A stretch of DNA of 64,000 bases, taken from positions 14,694,001-14,758,000 of the forward strand of contig OX597822.1 in NCBI GenBank assembly GCA_951406725.2, read 5' to 3'. This document shows, piece by piece, positions 1 through 12,900 of this stretch (position 1 is the stretch's first letter; each line of letters starts with the position of its first letter). The translations under genes and the position numbers were made by a program. The stretch is from Octopus vulgaris (Eukaryota). The notes beneath the pieces were generated by a model that had not been told where the DNA came from, did not search any database, and saw only the letters and a program-made list of their open reading frames with translations.

Positions 1-252
1 TATCCATGTAGAACATATGGTTAACTGTTCCCTTGCTATTTCAGAACTGGTACCCTGACTTTGCCTTCCTCAATACTAAACTTGGAGGGTTCAAACATAA
101 GACAAATATTATAAAGGAGACAACGAGTCCACCTGAACAATTCCTCTTTTGATATTAACTCTCTCTAAGAGTGTGTCACCTGAGCAGAGATCTACTTCCC
201 ATTTCTTCACGATAAAACTAATTAATTCTCTTATGTTGTCTGCTATACTGAA
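1..252 (-). mobile_element. 5'-truncated non-LTR retrotransposon RT fragment (R4/Dong-like), continues beyond the window edge
   Basis: Minus-strand translation gives ...VNIKRGIVQVDSLSPL...SGYQF*NSKGTVNHMFYMD, matching the RGIxQGDxLSP and NHLxYMDD RT motifs also seen at 48576-49454. It starts next to a TAA/TGA/CAA microsatellite. Confidence 0.75.
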
Positions 253-422
253 TTATTATCATTGTTATCATCATCATCATCATCATCATTGTTGTTGGTG
301 TTGTTGTTGTTTTTCGATTGAGTATCTAGTGAATCTTCCAGGTTCCCCTTCGCGAAGGAAATATAAACAGTTCTCTCTATATGGTTTTGAAGTATCGTAC
401 CTTAGAACATGGCCATTCTTCA

Positions 423-583
423 TCATTTATTACCAATATTAATCACAGAATATGTGAGTGTTTGCTTAGTTAATAGTTTGCTAAATAAGAACGGGATTAA
501 AATGGGTTGAACCGAAAGAATTGGTCCGATCCCGATCACATAGTAGCTGTATTCGTAAGTGTTCATGTATTCTGAGAAGATTC
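423..583 (-). CDS. SLC16/MCT-like MFS transporter copy 1, last coding exon
   Basis: Acceptor ttgtttgcag|GAATC at 583, phase 1. Encodes GIFSEYMNTYEYSYYVIGIG... (last TM helix) and ends at a stop at 423. Paralogue at 45242-45405. Confidence 0.85.
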
Positions 584-689
584 CTGCAAACAACAAGAAC
601 AAGAAGAGCAACATTAAAGACGAGTCACCAGATTTGAATATTCAATAAATAAATAAATCAAATTTATTTCTAATCATTAATATCTATGG

Positions 690-890
690 TAAGGCGTCAA
701 GCGCCGGACAAAATGCTTAGCGGTATTTAGTCCGTCTTTACATTCTGTGTTCACCTACAATCGAGGTCAATTTTGCCTTTCACCTTTTGGAGGTCGATAA
801 AACAAGTACCCGTTCAGCAATGGGGGGTCAATGTAATCGATTTACCCTTCCCCTGTACTCGCTGGCCTTGTGTCAAACTTTCAAACCAAT
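690..890 (+). mobile_element. Degenerate tRNA-derived SINE shared with the paralogous intron (44935-45135, minus)
   Basis: Similar to the SINE at 1245-1661 (ttgcctttca...ggtcgataaa...agtacc...ggggtcaatgtaatcga). Confidence 0.65.
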
Positions 891-984
891 ATCTATGTTA
901 AGCACTGTCTCGTGTGTTCGTATTCATAGGGCCCGTGAACTGGTTTCCGTAGTTCAGAAGTGATCGAGAGCACAATATCTACCC

Positions 985-2395
985 AAACATTCCGGATGTT
1001 CAAGCAAGTCACATAAAGACTGATGAAGGTAATTTTTTAAATCCAACTGAAAGAAAATAGCTGATGGCAAGAACAGGGGAATCAAACTTATGAATAGTAA
1101 AAAGTACCTGCAAACTGGAACACTCAATGTAAGAAGACTTAGGGAAAAAGAGACACATCTGGAGATGGCTAACAACTTTAATAGGTGCAAACTAAACATC
1201 CTTGAAGTACTTGAACACAAAATAGTACATGAAGATAGTACTTAAGGCGGTGAGCTGGCAGAAACGTTAGCACGCCGGGCGAAATGCTTAGCCGTATTTC
1301 GTCTACCGCTACGTTCTGAGTTCAAATTCCGCCGAGGTCGACTTTGCCTTTCATCTTTTCGGGGTCGATTAAATAAGTACCAGTTACGTACTGGGGTCGA
1401 TGCAATCGACTTAATCCGTTTATCTGTCTTTGTTTGTCCCCTCTGTGTTTATCCCCTTGTGGGTAGTAAAGAAATAGGTATTTCGTCTGCCGCTACGTTC
1501 TGAGTTCAAATTCCGCCGAGGTCAAATTTGCCTTTCATCCCTTCGGGATCGATAAATCAAGTACCAGTTACGCACTGGGGTCGATCTAATCGGCTTAATC
1601 TCTTTGTCTGTCCTTTTTTTGTCCCTTCTATGTTTAGCTCCTTGTGGGCAATAAAGAAATAAGATAGTACATGAAAAGGACCTTACTCTCATTGAGTAAG
1701 AAGAAGTATTAATGGTGCTGCAGCAGGAGGGTAGGATTAGTAACCAACGGTTTGGCAGAGAAAGCATTGGCCAAATTAATACTGGTAAATGACCGAATAG
1801 TCACAGCCACGTTTAATGGAAACCCATCCACCACCAAAAGTTATTACCCAGGCACACACAGAGGGAAGCAAGGATGCAGAGGAGCACTACGAAACAATGA
1901 CAAATGTCATCAATGAAATAGCAAAACACCATGTTAACATAGAATGCGGTGATTTTAATGCTTATTTAGGGGAGGATGTAGTCCCCTACACATTCTACAA
2001 GGAAACCAACAAGAATGAACCTGGAACATGCGGCAGAATGTAATCTTCGCATCACTAGCATCCTATTCAAGAAAAAGGAAGGGAAACAATGAAGATTTCA
2101 CTCCGACATGAATGGTAGCTAGTCCCAAATTAATTACATACAGATTCATAAGAAATGGAAAAATTCTGTACACACTGTAGAAGCATATAACAGCTTTAGT
2201 AGCTTACGTGGTGGCGGGTAACCATCACTAAGGAAGAACCAGGAGAGGAATGAAGAAGACGACCTATATAGACAACTTGTTGGAGGATACTGGTATGGAA
2301 GGGGTACAGGAGCTGAGAACAATTATGGAAGATCGAGATGAATGGGGAAACATGAGGAAGCAATCTTAGGGCGTCCTATGAGACGACCTAGATGA
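985..2395 (+). mobile_element. Degraded, internally deleted APE-type LINE (RTE/RTEX-like), interrupted by a SINE
   Basis: Fragments translate to QTGTLNVRRL, NDRIVTATFNGNPSTT, IECGDFNAYLG and KKWKNSV (APE endonuclease), followed by a C-terminal-like YIDNLLEDTG...ELRTIMEDRDEW. There are many frameshifts. Confidence 0.7.
1245..1661 (+). mobile_element. Cephalopod-type tRNA-derived SINE with an internally duplicated 3' part
   Basis: Head ggcggtgagctggcagaa..., B-box-like gagttcaaattcc, and core gcctttcatc...ggtcga...agtaccag present twice. Flanked by the direct repeat aagatagtac (1232-1241 / 1661-1670). Confidence 0.85.
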
Positions 2396-2632
2396 GATAA
2401 GAGTTGATTCTCCCTCTCTCTCCCTATCTGCCCGTATACATTTCTTTGTGTTAACATCCAGTATAGAAAAGTGCTGCTGCGCAAGCACGTTGAATATCTG
2501 GCCAACGACAAAACTGCTGCGACCGATCGTCTCATTCTTCCTTAACACATACTTCATATGTATATATGTAATCAGAACGGTTGTAACTGAGTATATTCTG
2601 AAATATGGATGATAAAAATGTTACATATTTAC

Positions 2633-3736
2633 CTATCAGATATCCAACTGCTAAAATGCCAGTTCCAATTGCTGTTTCTTCAAATCCCATACTTATCGAA
2701 AAATATCCGATTTCGAAGTAATCCATAACAGTTACAAGATTTGTAGAGAATATGAGTCCATTTGTGAACATCACAGCAAATGTTAGCAAAGTCAAATATG
2801 TTGAAGTGGACAACGAAGGATAAACACAGATCAGTAATCCGCTCATGGTGGCTGCAGTACTAAATATAATCCTGCTTGGAACAATGTTTTTATGTATCAA
2901 CCAACTACTGACGAAACAAGCCAAGATATACCCAAACGATCCCACTGAAAATATACGGGCACTTTCTGCTTGACTCAGCCCTTGTTGTACGCAATAATCC
3001 GGTAAGATAGACACTGCTGTTATAACACCTCCGTACGTTATAAGAATGGCGAAAAGGAATAAAAGAAAATTGAAATTTGTTAAAATTGTAACGATTTTTG
3101 CAGAAAATTTCGAATCAGATTTTCCTTCCGTTTGAACCTTGTCATTTCGAACATCAATCACCTCGTCTTCCGATTTTATAGAATTTATAGCTGTCTCTTC
3201 GATACCCAAAGAATCTTCTTTGTCAGGTTGTGTATTATTTATAACAAATGGTTCGTTGTCATATTTTAAGGCCTTAATAACCGTCTCACGAATATATTTT
3301 TCATTTGTATTGATGTCTTCGTTATGATTCAAGGCTGTATTATTCACTTCAGATATTTCCAGTTTGTTCGATATCGTTTCATCCTGAACGTCACCAACAT
3401 TTTGAAATTGTTCTACAGAAACGTTTGAATCCGACTTATACAAATCATTCGGCGCGTTACTTTCACTTACTGCCAAATTTTCTCTACGCGTGTTTTTATA
3501 CATATCCGTAGAATATATGAGAGCACATGGCAGAGTTTGTATGAAAGTAGCAGCCAGAAGGAGAAGACTTCCACGCCAGAACATGAGTTCAATGAAGTAA
3601 TTGGTAAGGACAGGGAAAATTATAAATCCAAGAGATTTTCCGACCGTAGCAAATGCAATGAATTTTCGACTGTCTTCACCGAAATAAGCTGCTAATCCAT
3701 TATTAGCCGAGACATTAAGAGAAGCACAACCAATTC
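2633..3736 (-). CDS. SLC16/MCT-like transporter copy 1, large exon (about TM4-TM11 plus the acidic cytoplasmic loop)
   Basis: Acceptor ttgtaacag|GAATT at 3736 and donor ATAG|gtaaat at 2633. The exon is 1104 bp and open: GIGCASL...AAYFGEDSRKF...FWRGSLLLLAA...ILPDYCVQQGLSQ. Same length as 41886-42989. Confidence 0.9.
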
Positions 3737-4591
3737 CTGTTACAAGAGATGAAAAAAAAAAACAAAGAGTAATTAAAAAGTAGTTACTAAATTAATCAAG
3801 GATATTTCTGAATAATTAACGAAGAGTGTTGTTATTTTATTATTTCTTTTTTAATTCTCTGATTGGAAGCTTTACATCCATATTAAAAGGTAGCTCATAA
3901 TATTTACACTAGAATTAAACATCGTTTCGTATTCAATTTGCAAGATTCTTGATGTGAATTCGTGTATTGAAATAAATCTTAAGTCTTGGTAGAGTTATTA
4001 CGCCAAAAATAACAACACACGCACTGGTCCAGAATCACTTGTTTATTGTTAGTGTATTGGTTAAGTATTTAACCGAATAACCGATCGTTGTTTAATGTAC
4101 TATTTAAACAATCAATCGATTGTTTCTTAATGAAATTTCTTTCGTCGCTGTTCGCAACAACCTTTTCAGCGACTTACTTCCCTGTCCAAGGTCAGCTAAA
4201 TGATATCGAACCAGTGCGTGTGTTTTTGACATTGACATACTGAACCCACCCAAGACACTGTTTAAAGAGGCGTTTAAAAAGCCTGAAAACCTTCATTCGA
4301 TTTCATTTTGAAAGTAAAATACTTTCTTCACGTCATCAATAGTTTTGGTAAGTATATAAACGTTACTTCATGTATCTTTTCACACAAACATCACCCTTTC
4401 AATCAATGAGTAAGCAGCTCTGTTTTCTCATCTTTTAGTCCCACTGGAAGATGGTAGTCATGATTGTCTCGGACGCCTGCGGGAGTGGTTGTAGGGGTAA
4501 GATTATCTCATACTGGACTCTTGGATTGCAAACACAGTGAACCCTACCAAAAGCATCCAATGTACCACATAGTGAACAGTGTATATGTACG

Positions 4592-4646
<55 letters not shown>

Positions 4647-4785
4647 GCGCGCGCATATATATATGTGTGTGTGTGGTGTGTATGTATAGGTTTATATATG
4701 AATATATATATATGTGTATAAATAATCTATAAGTATTTATATATATATATGTGTGTGTGTGTATATATATATATATATAAATATA

Positions 4786-5943
4786 TCTCTCTTCTCTCTC
4801 TATATATAAACGGTAGTTAGTCTGTCTGTGTGTCTGTGTGTCTGTCAGGTTGTACCCTCACCCTGACCACGGTTTTCAACCGATTCTGATGAAACTTGAC
4901 ACACACATAGTCCAATGTCATAATTCAAAACTAACGCAGAGAAAAGTTTGAAAAGTTCCCCCAGTTCTGAAAAAATCGATAAATTCGACATGGGGTCGAG
5001 AATCTAAGCTTTTTATATGCAACACATTTTCTGTTGTAGTTTTCGCAACTTGCGATCGATTTTCACCAAACTCATGGTGATGCTTAATATTACCCTAAGA
5101 AACTTAATTCTGACGTTAGTTTTCCATGCAATACCTTACCATCAGAAAAAATCGATAAAATCATACTATTTTTGGAAATCGCGTTCAAATTCAAGATGAC
5201 ACATTTTCGACAATATCTTTCACAAATTGGCAGGAATTTTTTTTGAAATTCACAGCGAGCATCATGTCTGCTCCAATGAGCTATATGGCCCTTTTTATTC
5301 CAATAGGATACTTTATTACTGGAAAAAATCGGTTAATTAAATCATATGTGGCACACATAGCAAACACAAACCACAGACTGTCTAGGGGACGCAACTTGAT
5401 CTTTTTAACTCTCGGAACACGTAGGGTAAGTATCCCAAAATGTATAAAAATGTACAAAAACGGCAAAAAAGCGGGCAGCAATGTGAGTGACAACAACGAA
5501 AAAGTCAAAAGTGACCAAACTGAATAAACGAATGGAAAAGGTTTTTTGGTGCACACGACAAAAGCGACAAAAACGACAAAACCAAGAGTTTGCAAGTAGC
5601 GTCCGGGGACCCTTAGGGTACGTCAAAAATTTAAGGTAAAACGTTTGGGGTCGTAGTTATAAAGAAAGTTTAAACAAAAAAAGTATTCGAATAACTTGCG
5701 GCTGCAGCAGCTATTAGCAGAAGTGGCGGTGTTGGGGGTAAAGTCTCGAATGTAATTTCTTCCTGGTAGGAATTGGTTGGGTTGAATTATCGATAGCTGT
5801 TTGATAGTTATTTAGGAGTGAAGAGAAGACATTGCAACCTACACATGCGCCTTCGTTCCCTAGAGGGAAAGGACTAGATTGGGATTAGTCGTTGCCTACT
5901 AGGGGCTCTTACATACCCGAGCAACGCCGGGCTATGCTGCTAG
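4786..5943 (+). mobile_element. Non-autonomous Helitron
   Basis: 5' TC...TCTATATATAAA followed by (TCTG/TGTG) repeats. The 3' end has the hairpin cccgagcaacgccggg, then CTAG|T at 5940-5944. Inserted in (TA)n. The 5' boundary is approximate. Confidence 0.7.
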
Positions 5944-6039
5944 TACATATATATATGTATATATATATATAAATGTATGTATATATATATATATGTATGT
6001 ATGTATATATATATATAAAAATGTATGTATGTATGTATG

Positions 6040-6093
<54 letters not shown>

Positions 6094-6094
<1 letters not shown>

Positions 6095-6831
6095 TAGCAG
6101 TATAACCCGGCCTTGCCCGGGATTAAGTTAGGATTATTAAGCTAATCAAGTTCTTTATTTCAACCCAAACTAAGTAGTATAGACGTTAAATTTGGGCGAA
6201 ATCCGTTGAAATTAGTTATATTATATGTTATATATATATTATATATATATAATATAATATGAATATATATGGGCAACAGACACGAACACACATACACACA
6301 CGTACGTACACCTATTGCATGTTTTGTGCACGCATAGATGTTCATAAACAGAAATGAATGGAAAAAATGTTGTTAAATTTGTAGATTAACACTCACACTT
6401 TCACTAAGAAAATAAATCTTTTTTTTTTTGCGTGGAATCAACTACTCTGGCCTCAAAACCCTTTTTGTGGTCCGTGAAACGGAGTGGGGTGTGTTGGAAG
6501 CCTCGCAAATTGTACCTATTTATATTGAGTAATTCACTGACAAATTGTTACTCACCTCTTTGTTTCTTTGTTGTTAAATAAATGGATTGTCAACAAAACA
6601 CTTTTTTACTCTGCGTAAAATAAAAACAAAACTTTTTCGCACGCAAAGTAATGTGAGAGGGAGAGGGGGGAGAAAGATGAACGATTTAAAATAAATAAAT
6701 GATTTAAAATAAATATATTGTAATTGTTGTGTGAGTAAGTATATATATTATGATTATAAATATATAGTGTGCCTTTCAAAAACAAAAAAAAAAACATTTT
6801 ACATTTTATTTTTTATAAACGTAGTCACTTA

Positions 6832-6862
<31 letters not shown>

Positions 6863-7168
6863 TCACACTTTGTCTTTCCCGTGAAACTCTCTGCCTCCTT
6901 CCACTTTTCTTTATCTTATTTTTTTTTGTTAGACGCCATCAAAAAGGAATGGCTGATATTTGTTATGGTTAAAAGCTATGGTTGAAAATGGTTGAAAATA
7001 GATTTTTACCCTATCCGCGGGTGCCTCGGGGAAAAAAATAAGTTGACAAAACCAAGGTAGGGTGTCGACAAATGTCCTCCTAAAATTAGAGCGATATGCG
7101 TGCTAATTTGTGGACGTGCATAAATTACAATCACGTACACACACACATCCTCCCGTTTATAGATATGA
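6094..7168 (-). mobile_element. Non-autonomous Helitron, tail-to-tail with the previous one
   Basis: On the minus strand, 5' A|TCATATCTATAAACGGG and 3' hairpin cccgggcaaggccggg plus tatactgCTAG|T. Confidence 0.7.
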
Positions 7169-7343
7169 TATATGTATATATATATATATATATATACATA
7201 TATGTAGTCATGCATATATACGTATCATGTATTCATACTCTCACACACATGCACACACACATGTATATGAAAATATTATATATATATATATGAGTGCAGC
7301 ATTTGTTCGTGAAGGCTTTTCTAAATCACTGGGCAATACAAAC

Positions 7344-7487
7344 CTGGCAAAAGACTGAAACATCCCAATAAAACATAAATACTCGAAGAGAACGATGGAG
7401 CGCCAATAGAAAGGGTAAGACAAAGGCTTCCCACGATGCCAGTGGTTCTTACGCCAAATTTAGTGAGAAATATTCCAATCATGAAAC
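7344..7487 (-). CDS. SLC16/MCT-like transporter copy 1, 144-bp exon (about TM2-TM4)
   Basis: Acceptor ttcgctcttag|GTTTC and donor CCAG|gtttgt. Encodes GFMIGIFLTKFGVRTTGIVGSL with the MFS motif-A-like (K)FGxR. Confidence 0.9.
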
Positions 7488-7789
7488 CTAAGAGCGAAAA
7501 AAGAAGAAAATAGTCTTTTAATGATTCATTGGGATTCAATTAATTAATGAGTTATAATATTGTTAATGATCTTTTAATTACCAGTAACTAATAAACAACG
7601 GAACTAGGTTGGAATTTCTGACAATATTTAATTGTCAGAGTTACAAACACTGAATCAGAGTTACAAACACTCGAAGGATTCTGTACAGTTTTTGTCTACT
7701 CATTTCCACTCGCAAGCTTTGGGTCAACTTGACCTCATGAATGTATGTATGAGTGTGTGTGTGTGTGTGTATGTATGCATGCATGCATG

Positions 7790-7957
7790 TGGTGTTCTTC
7801 TTTCAGTTTCCGTCTGCCAAATCCACGCAGAATGCATTTGTTGGCCCGGAGCAATTTTAGAAAAATTAATTTCCCAGCGCAATGCCACGCAGTGTGATAG
7901 AACCTGGAGCCATGTGGTTGCGATGCGAGCTTCTTACCACACAGCCACTCCTGCACT
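7790..7957 (-). mobile_element. SINE 5' fragment (aggagtggctgtgtggtaag family)
   Basis: The reverse complement matches the head of the 17185 element. An equivalent copy lies in paralogue 3 at about 60100-60250. Confidence 0.7.
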
Positions 7958-8207
7958 TAGATTGCTACAATATCGTTTTTGCATATTTGCGTATTTTAAG
8001 AAACTCCATGTTTCTCCAATTTTGAATGAATCAGTGTTCTCAATCTGTTTGATGTTTGTCAGTTACTCTCTAAACTAATTATTCAAAAATGTAAGGAATT
8101 CATATAATTGTACTTGTTTTGAATATTAAACAAACTGGAAGAAACCCAAATGGTATGTGATTGCTACTAATGGATAAAGCGGGTACATACCGACAATAGG
8201 TACTTAC

Positions 8208-8407
8208 CAACAATACCAAACACACTTGAAGGTAAAAATACTATCAAAAGTACAAGATCGTGTAAGTCCGGAAAAACCTTCTTGAATTCTACGAGGTAAA
8301 TTGGTAGAACAGCAGTGAAACCAAATACTAATATGTTAGTAACAAAAACGGAAAACACTACAAAAGCAGCGACGATGGCCTCTTGCACGGATCGCTTCTT
8401 GGTTCTA
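8208..8407 (-). CDS. SLC16/MCT-like transporter copy 1, 200/197-bp exon (TM1)
   Basis: Acceptor ctttcCAG|TAG|AACC and donor GTTG|gtaagt. Encodes RTKKRSVQEAIVAAFVVFSVFVTNILVFGFTAVLPIYLVEF. Confidence 0.9.
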
Positions 8408-8513
8408 CTGGAAAGACAAAGAATCAAATCTTTATTTAGTGCTAGCAGAGATACCCAGCGTTGCCCGGTTACATGCAATTGAAGAATTAGACTTTTCTGT
8501 TATATATATATGG

Positions 8514-8552
<39 letters not shown>

Positions 8553-8630
8553 TATTAATATAAATACATGAAAGTACATGAAGTTTGTTAAAAAAAAGGG
8601 GATCATGTATATACCTCCTGGCTGTTGAGA

Positions 8631-11240
8631 TTATAACACCTCGTTGTAAACAATGTTCCTTGTTTTTCCTTGTGGAGCATATACAAAAAGTTTTCTTTTG
8701 GTTCCTACTCTTGAGCAGCAAACATACAGTTGCCTATGCGAGAAGCAGGGCTCTTCCAAGAGAAGACCAGCTACAGAGAGGGTTTGACCCTGAGATTTGT
8801 TAATGGACATGGCAAAGCTGACACGAAGGGGGAATTGCAGTCTTCTGAATGTAAATGGAATTTCTGCTCCTGATGGAGTAAGAGGAATTCTTGGAATAAA
8901 GACGTCATCACCTTTTCCACATCCAGAAAGAATGATCGCCTCGATAACGTGTGACATCATTTTCTTTATCACCATTCGTGTTCCATTATAAAGTCTTGGT
9001 GGTTCCAGATTGCGGAGTAGCATTACAGGAGTTCCAACTTTAAGTGCTAATATGTGTGGAGGTAGTCCAGGAGGCTCCAGTGAATTGAAAAATTCAGGAG
9101 GATAGTTCACAACTTCATTTATAACTGGGATTGTATCAACAGACTTGTAAGTGCCAGGAAGAGAATGCATTAGCTGTTGATTAATTTTGTTAACAGCGAC
9201 GTTTTTTGGAGCTAATATTGCTCTTTCACACAGCAAATTGTGATTTTGGTAGTTTTGTGTGAAGTTAGGAAAGACCTTGTTTTTGAGGTCATCTACAGAA
9301 TTAACAACAGAGGAAAATGACCACACTTCCATTTGTCCTGCAGCATCGAGAGGCATCTTGCCTTCACCAAGTGTCAAAATGTCCTGTGCAAACTTTGTGA
9401 ACATTTTGTCGCCGTGTAGCTGAGCTCTCATGTTAGTGGTGAGACTGAGGATTGTAACATGATGCCACAGGGTAGAGGACTTTAGGCATGCTTGGACTTC
9501 ATCTGCTCTAGTGCCTTTCGGAATGACAGGAAGAGTTTGCCTGAAATCATCTGACAACAGATGCGTTACACCTCCCATTGGAGCCTGACAGTCTCGGATG
9601 TCTTTCAGGGCTCTATCTAATGCTTCCAAAGCTCCCTTGTGAGTCATAGTGCACTCATCCCAGACAATTAGATGATACATTCTAAGTACTTGTCCCTGAT
9701 CTGAGCTTTTGTTGATGTTGCATGAAGGCATTTCGGATGCTGCTAAATTGAGAGGGAGTTTAAAAGTTGAGTGTGCTGTCCTGCCACCGGGTAACAAAGT
9801 AGCTGCAATGCCAGAGGAGGCTACAGCTACTGCAATGTCCTGATGCAGGCCATACGTCGACAATTCATTTCCACCCAGTTTAGCAATTCTGTCTTCAATG
9901 TCAATGAGTGTTTTGTTATAGATTTCATTGCTGATACTCTCCATGTCAGGATAGAGCAGTTGAGCTTGGCGCCGAAAGTCTTCAGCCAGGTTGTCTCTAT
10001 ATTTGAGCCATAGAGTGGCCGGATCACACAGTTCGCATGCCTGTAGTAATACTACAAATCGTGCCCTGAGACTTTTAGGTGATTGTGATAAAGCAGCCTC
10101 TCCTAAAGATGCATCCCATTGGGCACCATCTTCTAACAGGCCTTGTCGATAGCAGGCTTCTCTGTCTGTTGTGCAGACATGTCCATGAACGGTTTTTAGG
10201 GCCTGGAAAGACGTTGGTCCTCTGGCCTCATGCAGTAGTAGACGAAGGTTGAAGCACTCTTGTTGAGTGGGATGCACTGTGTATACTCGCCCGAAGCAAG
10301 TGTGAAACTTAATGCCAGGGTATCCATGAACATTTTGACCTGCTTTCCGTGGGGCCCATTTGTTTCCATTCCAAGTGTAGTACGATGGAATCTTTGGATA
10401 CAGCAAGGTTTGAGCGAATGGATCCACTTGACAAAGCTTGAAGAATGCGGTGAGTGTGCTATCCGTTGGTTCCTCTGCCAACAGAGAAGCATTAGCATCG
10501 GTGAAGTACACTCTTTGACCATTTTCCAGGTGCACTGCAAGCTGTTGAATGGCGGGGTGACGTTGGTGAATTGGAAAGCCAAAGATGCGCCAGAAAGCCT
10601 CGTTGCTACTTATGTACCGTCCCACTTGATAATGCGTCACCTAATCCTGGCAGTATTCTTGTTGAAGTCCAAACATTGCATCGTCAGAACCCTTGTTTAC
10701 ATATTTGCAAACGTACTTGATGGATTTAACGGAGTTGCAAAACTCAACGTTGATGTGGGCATTGAAAGTCTTTGACAGGAGTGGGCAGTATGGAACAATC
10801 CATCTATTATCAATATCGTGCTGTCCGATAGTTGCTGTGAAACCTCCGTCTTCTGGTTTTCTGCGTCTGTATGATGGATACCCATCAGCACCTGTCTGAG
10901 TTTCTTGTAGGAACCTCATTGGAAATCTTTTTGAACATATGCTGTCCTTCAAACATGGTGAGTTTATGTTGAATCCACGCCCACATAGACCATGAACCAT
11001 GTTTGCTTTAACTATTTCGTATAGTTCTTTGTCTAAAGCTGGATCAGGAAGCTCTGCAGAGATTATGTTGTCGATGTCATTGGAATTGATCTTCGCTGAG
11101 AGCCAAAGCAGGATATGAGCATGTGGAAGGCCCCTTTTTGCCACTCTATTGTGTACATGTCACATTGTATGAGCCCAAAGATTTGCCCTTTTTGTATGAG
11201 TTCCTTGAGAGAGATTAACTTCAGATAGAAAACTCGGGCG
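8631..11240 (-). pseudogene. Helitron Rep (HUH) - PIF1 helicase pseudogene
   Basis: Rep motifs IEWQK/RGLPHAHILLW and SIKYVCKYVNKG. Helicase motifs ASSGIAATLLPGGRTAHS, IVWDECTM, DFRQTLPV and FAMSINKSQGQT. There is an in-frame stop at 10641-10643, a frameshift near 11140, and no Walker A motif. Confidence 0.92.
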
Positions 11241-11329
11241 TTGAGATTCCGGTTCGAATGTAAGGCCGGTTTGAAAGTGTTCCCAACAGTTATTAGTTGA
11301 AGTGGTAGAGTCTTTATGCCGAATATGTA

Positions 11330-11482
11330 CGTATGCCTGTATATATGTACAAAATCCACTGAGAAGGCTTTTGTTGGTCTGAGGCTACAGCAGAAGACAC
11401 ATGCCAAGTCACCACACAGTAGGACTGAACCCAGGACCATGTGTTTGGAACGTAGTTTGTTACCACACAGCCACACCTGCCC
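11330..11482 (-). mobile_element. SINE fragment inside the Helitron
   Basis: Reverse complement ggtgtggctgtgtggtaa...gggttcagtcctactg, same family as 17185. Confidence 0.65.
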
Positions 11483-12564
11483 CTATGTATATGTGTGTGT
11501 GCGTATGTGTGTATGGGTAGATATATTATGCATGTATAGATGTGTATATATATGTGTACATATTACATGTACATCTATATATATACATCTACACATAAAA
11601 TACAAAATACAAAGTTATATCTTGATATCGCTAGTGATAACAATACTCAAAATATATAACAGACTGGAATTGTAGGCCCGTCTCTTGCAATTTCGATCAA
11701 TTGGATCTTGTCCTCCCTCTTGTATAGAAGTGTACGGCTGCAGCTAAATTCATTTTTGGACTTTCTTCTATCGAAGGCATTTAAAAAAAATGCTTCCGTA
11801 AAGACGGTGAAAATATTGTCAATTTCCCCAAGCAGGGACATAATTCAATTTTTAAGTAATAACCAAAGCCCCTTCTCCGAAAGGGGGAGGGTAACGGTTT
11901 ACAATTATTTAACAAATGCAACACAACAACGTTTCCCTGACGAGGAACCAACAAACGTGATTACAATAGTCAAACAGTAATAATAACAACAAACCTTTTT
12001 AATTTATCCCCATATATGTGAAACCACTTATTCAAGTTCAAGTCATTGATGCAATTTTATACGAATTGCTAATACACACACACACATAATAAGGGTGAAA
12101 AATTGAATATTAATTTGATTAATATGAATTGAAAACCAGTGGTATAGCATATAAGACCATAGTGGATCTTCTAGCAAAATGGATGACCAGTATTAATGGT
12201 TCATCCCTGTTATATAATACTTTCACTTTATTAGTTTCAGTATTAAAGTGAAAGTGTCTGCATTACAAAAGAGAGATGTTTTTGTTTCACTTTTAACACG
12301 TAATACTGAAATAGTGGAGAAGATATGATATTGCTGTGGGGTCGCCCTAGGGAAAAAGTTAAGATTTTTTGCCGATGACACTCCCCAGACCTTAAGTAAG
12401 ACATGGGTAAAATTTGAATAAAATTGGTTGTGTAGTTCTCAAGTTTTAGGGAAACAGACAGACAGACAGATAGACAGACAGACAGACAGACAGACACACG
12501 TTCTCAGTTTTATATATAGAGAGACTAGCATTAAAGTCCCGTCGTTGCCGGGTCATAGTGCTAG

Positions 12565-12900
12565 TGCGGCTCAGTGGTTAGAGCGTCGAGCTTACGATCG
12601 TGAGGTTGTGAGCTCGAATCCCGGACCGGGCTGCGTGTTGTGTTCTTGAGCAAGGCACTTTATTTCACGTTGCTCCAGTTCACTCAGCTGTAGAAATGAG
12701 TTGCGACGTCACTGGTGCCAAGCTGTATCGACCTTTGTCTTTCCCATGGATAACACTGGTGGCGTGGAGAGGGGGAGGCTGGTATGCATGGGCGACTGCT
12801 GGTCTTCCATAAACAACCTTGCCCGGACTTGTGTCTAGGAGGGTAACTTTCTAGGTGCAATCCCATGGTCATTCATGACGAAGGGGGTCTTTACCCCTTT
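12565..12900 (+). mobile_element. tRNA-derived SINE, second family
   Basis: A-box-like gcggctcagtggttagagc and B-box-like gctcgaatcc, then core ttgtgttcttgagcaaggcacttta...cactcagctgtagaaatgagt. A degenerate relative lies at about 44670-44890. Confidence 0.8.

Noticed and set aside
8631-10640. Host PIF1 helicase gene
   Set aside because: It is intronless, fused to a HUH Rep domain, lacks Walker A and lies within Helitron termini inside an intron.
12565-12630. tRNA gene
   Set aside because: A/B-box-like motifs are present, but there is no complete acceptor stem and the sequence runs into a SINE body.
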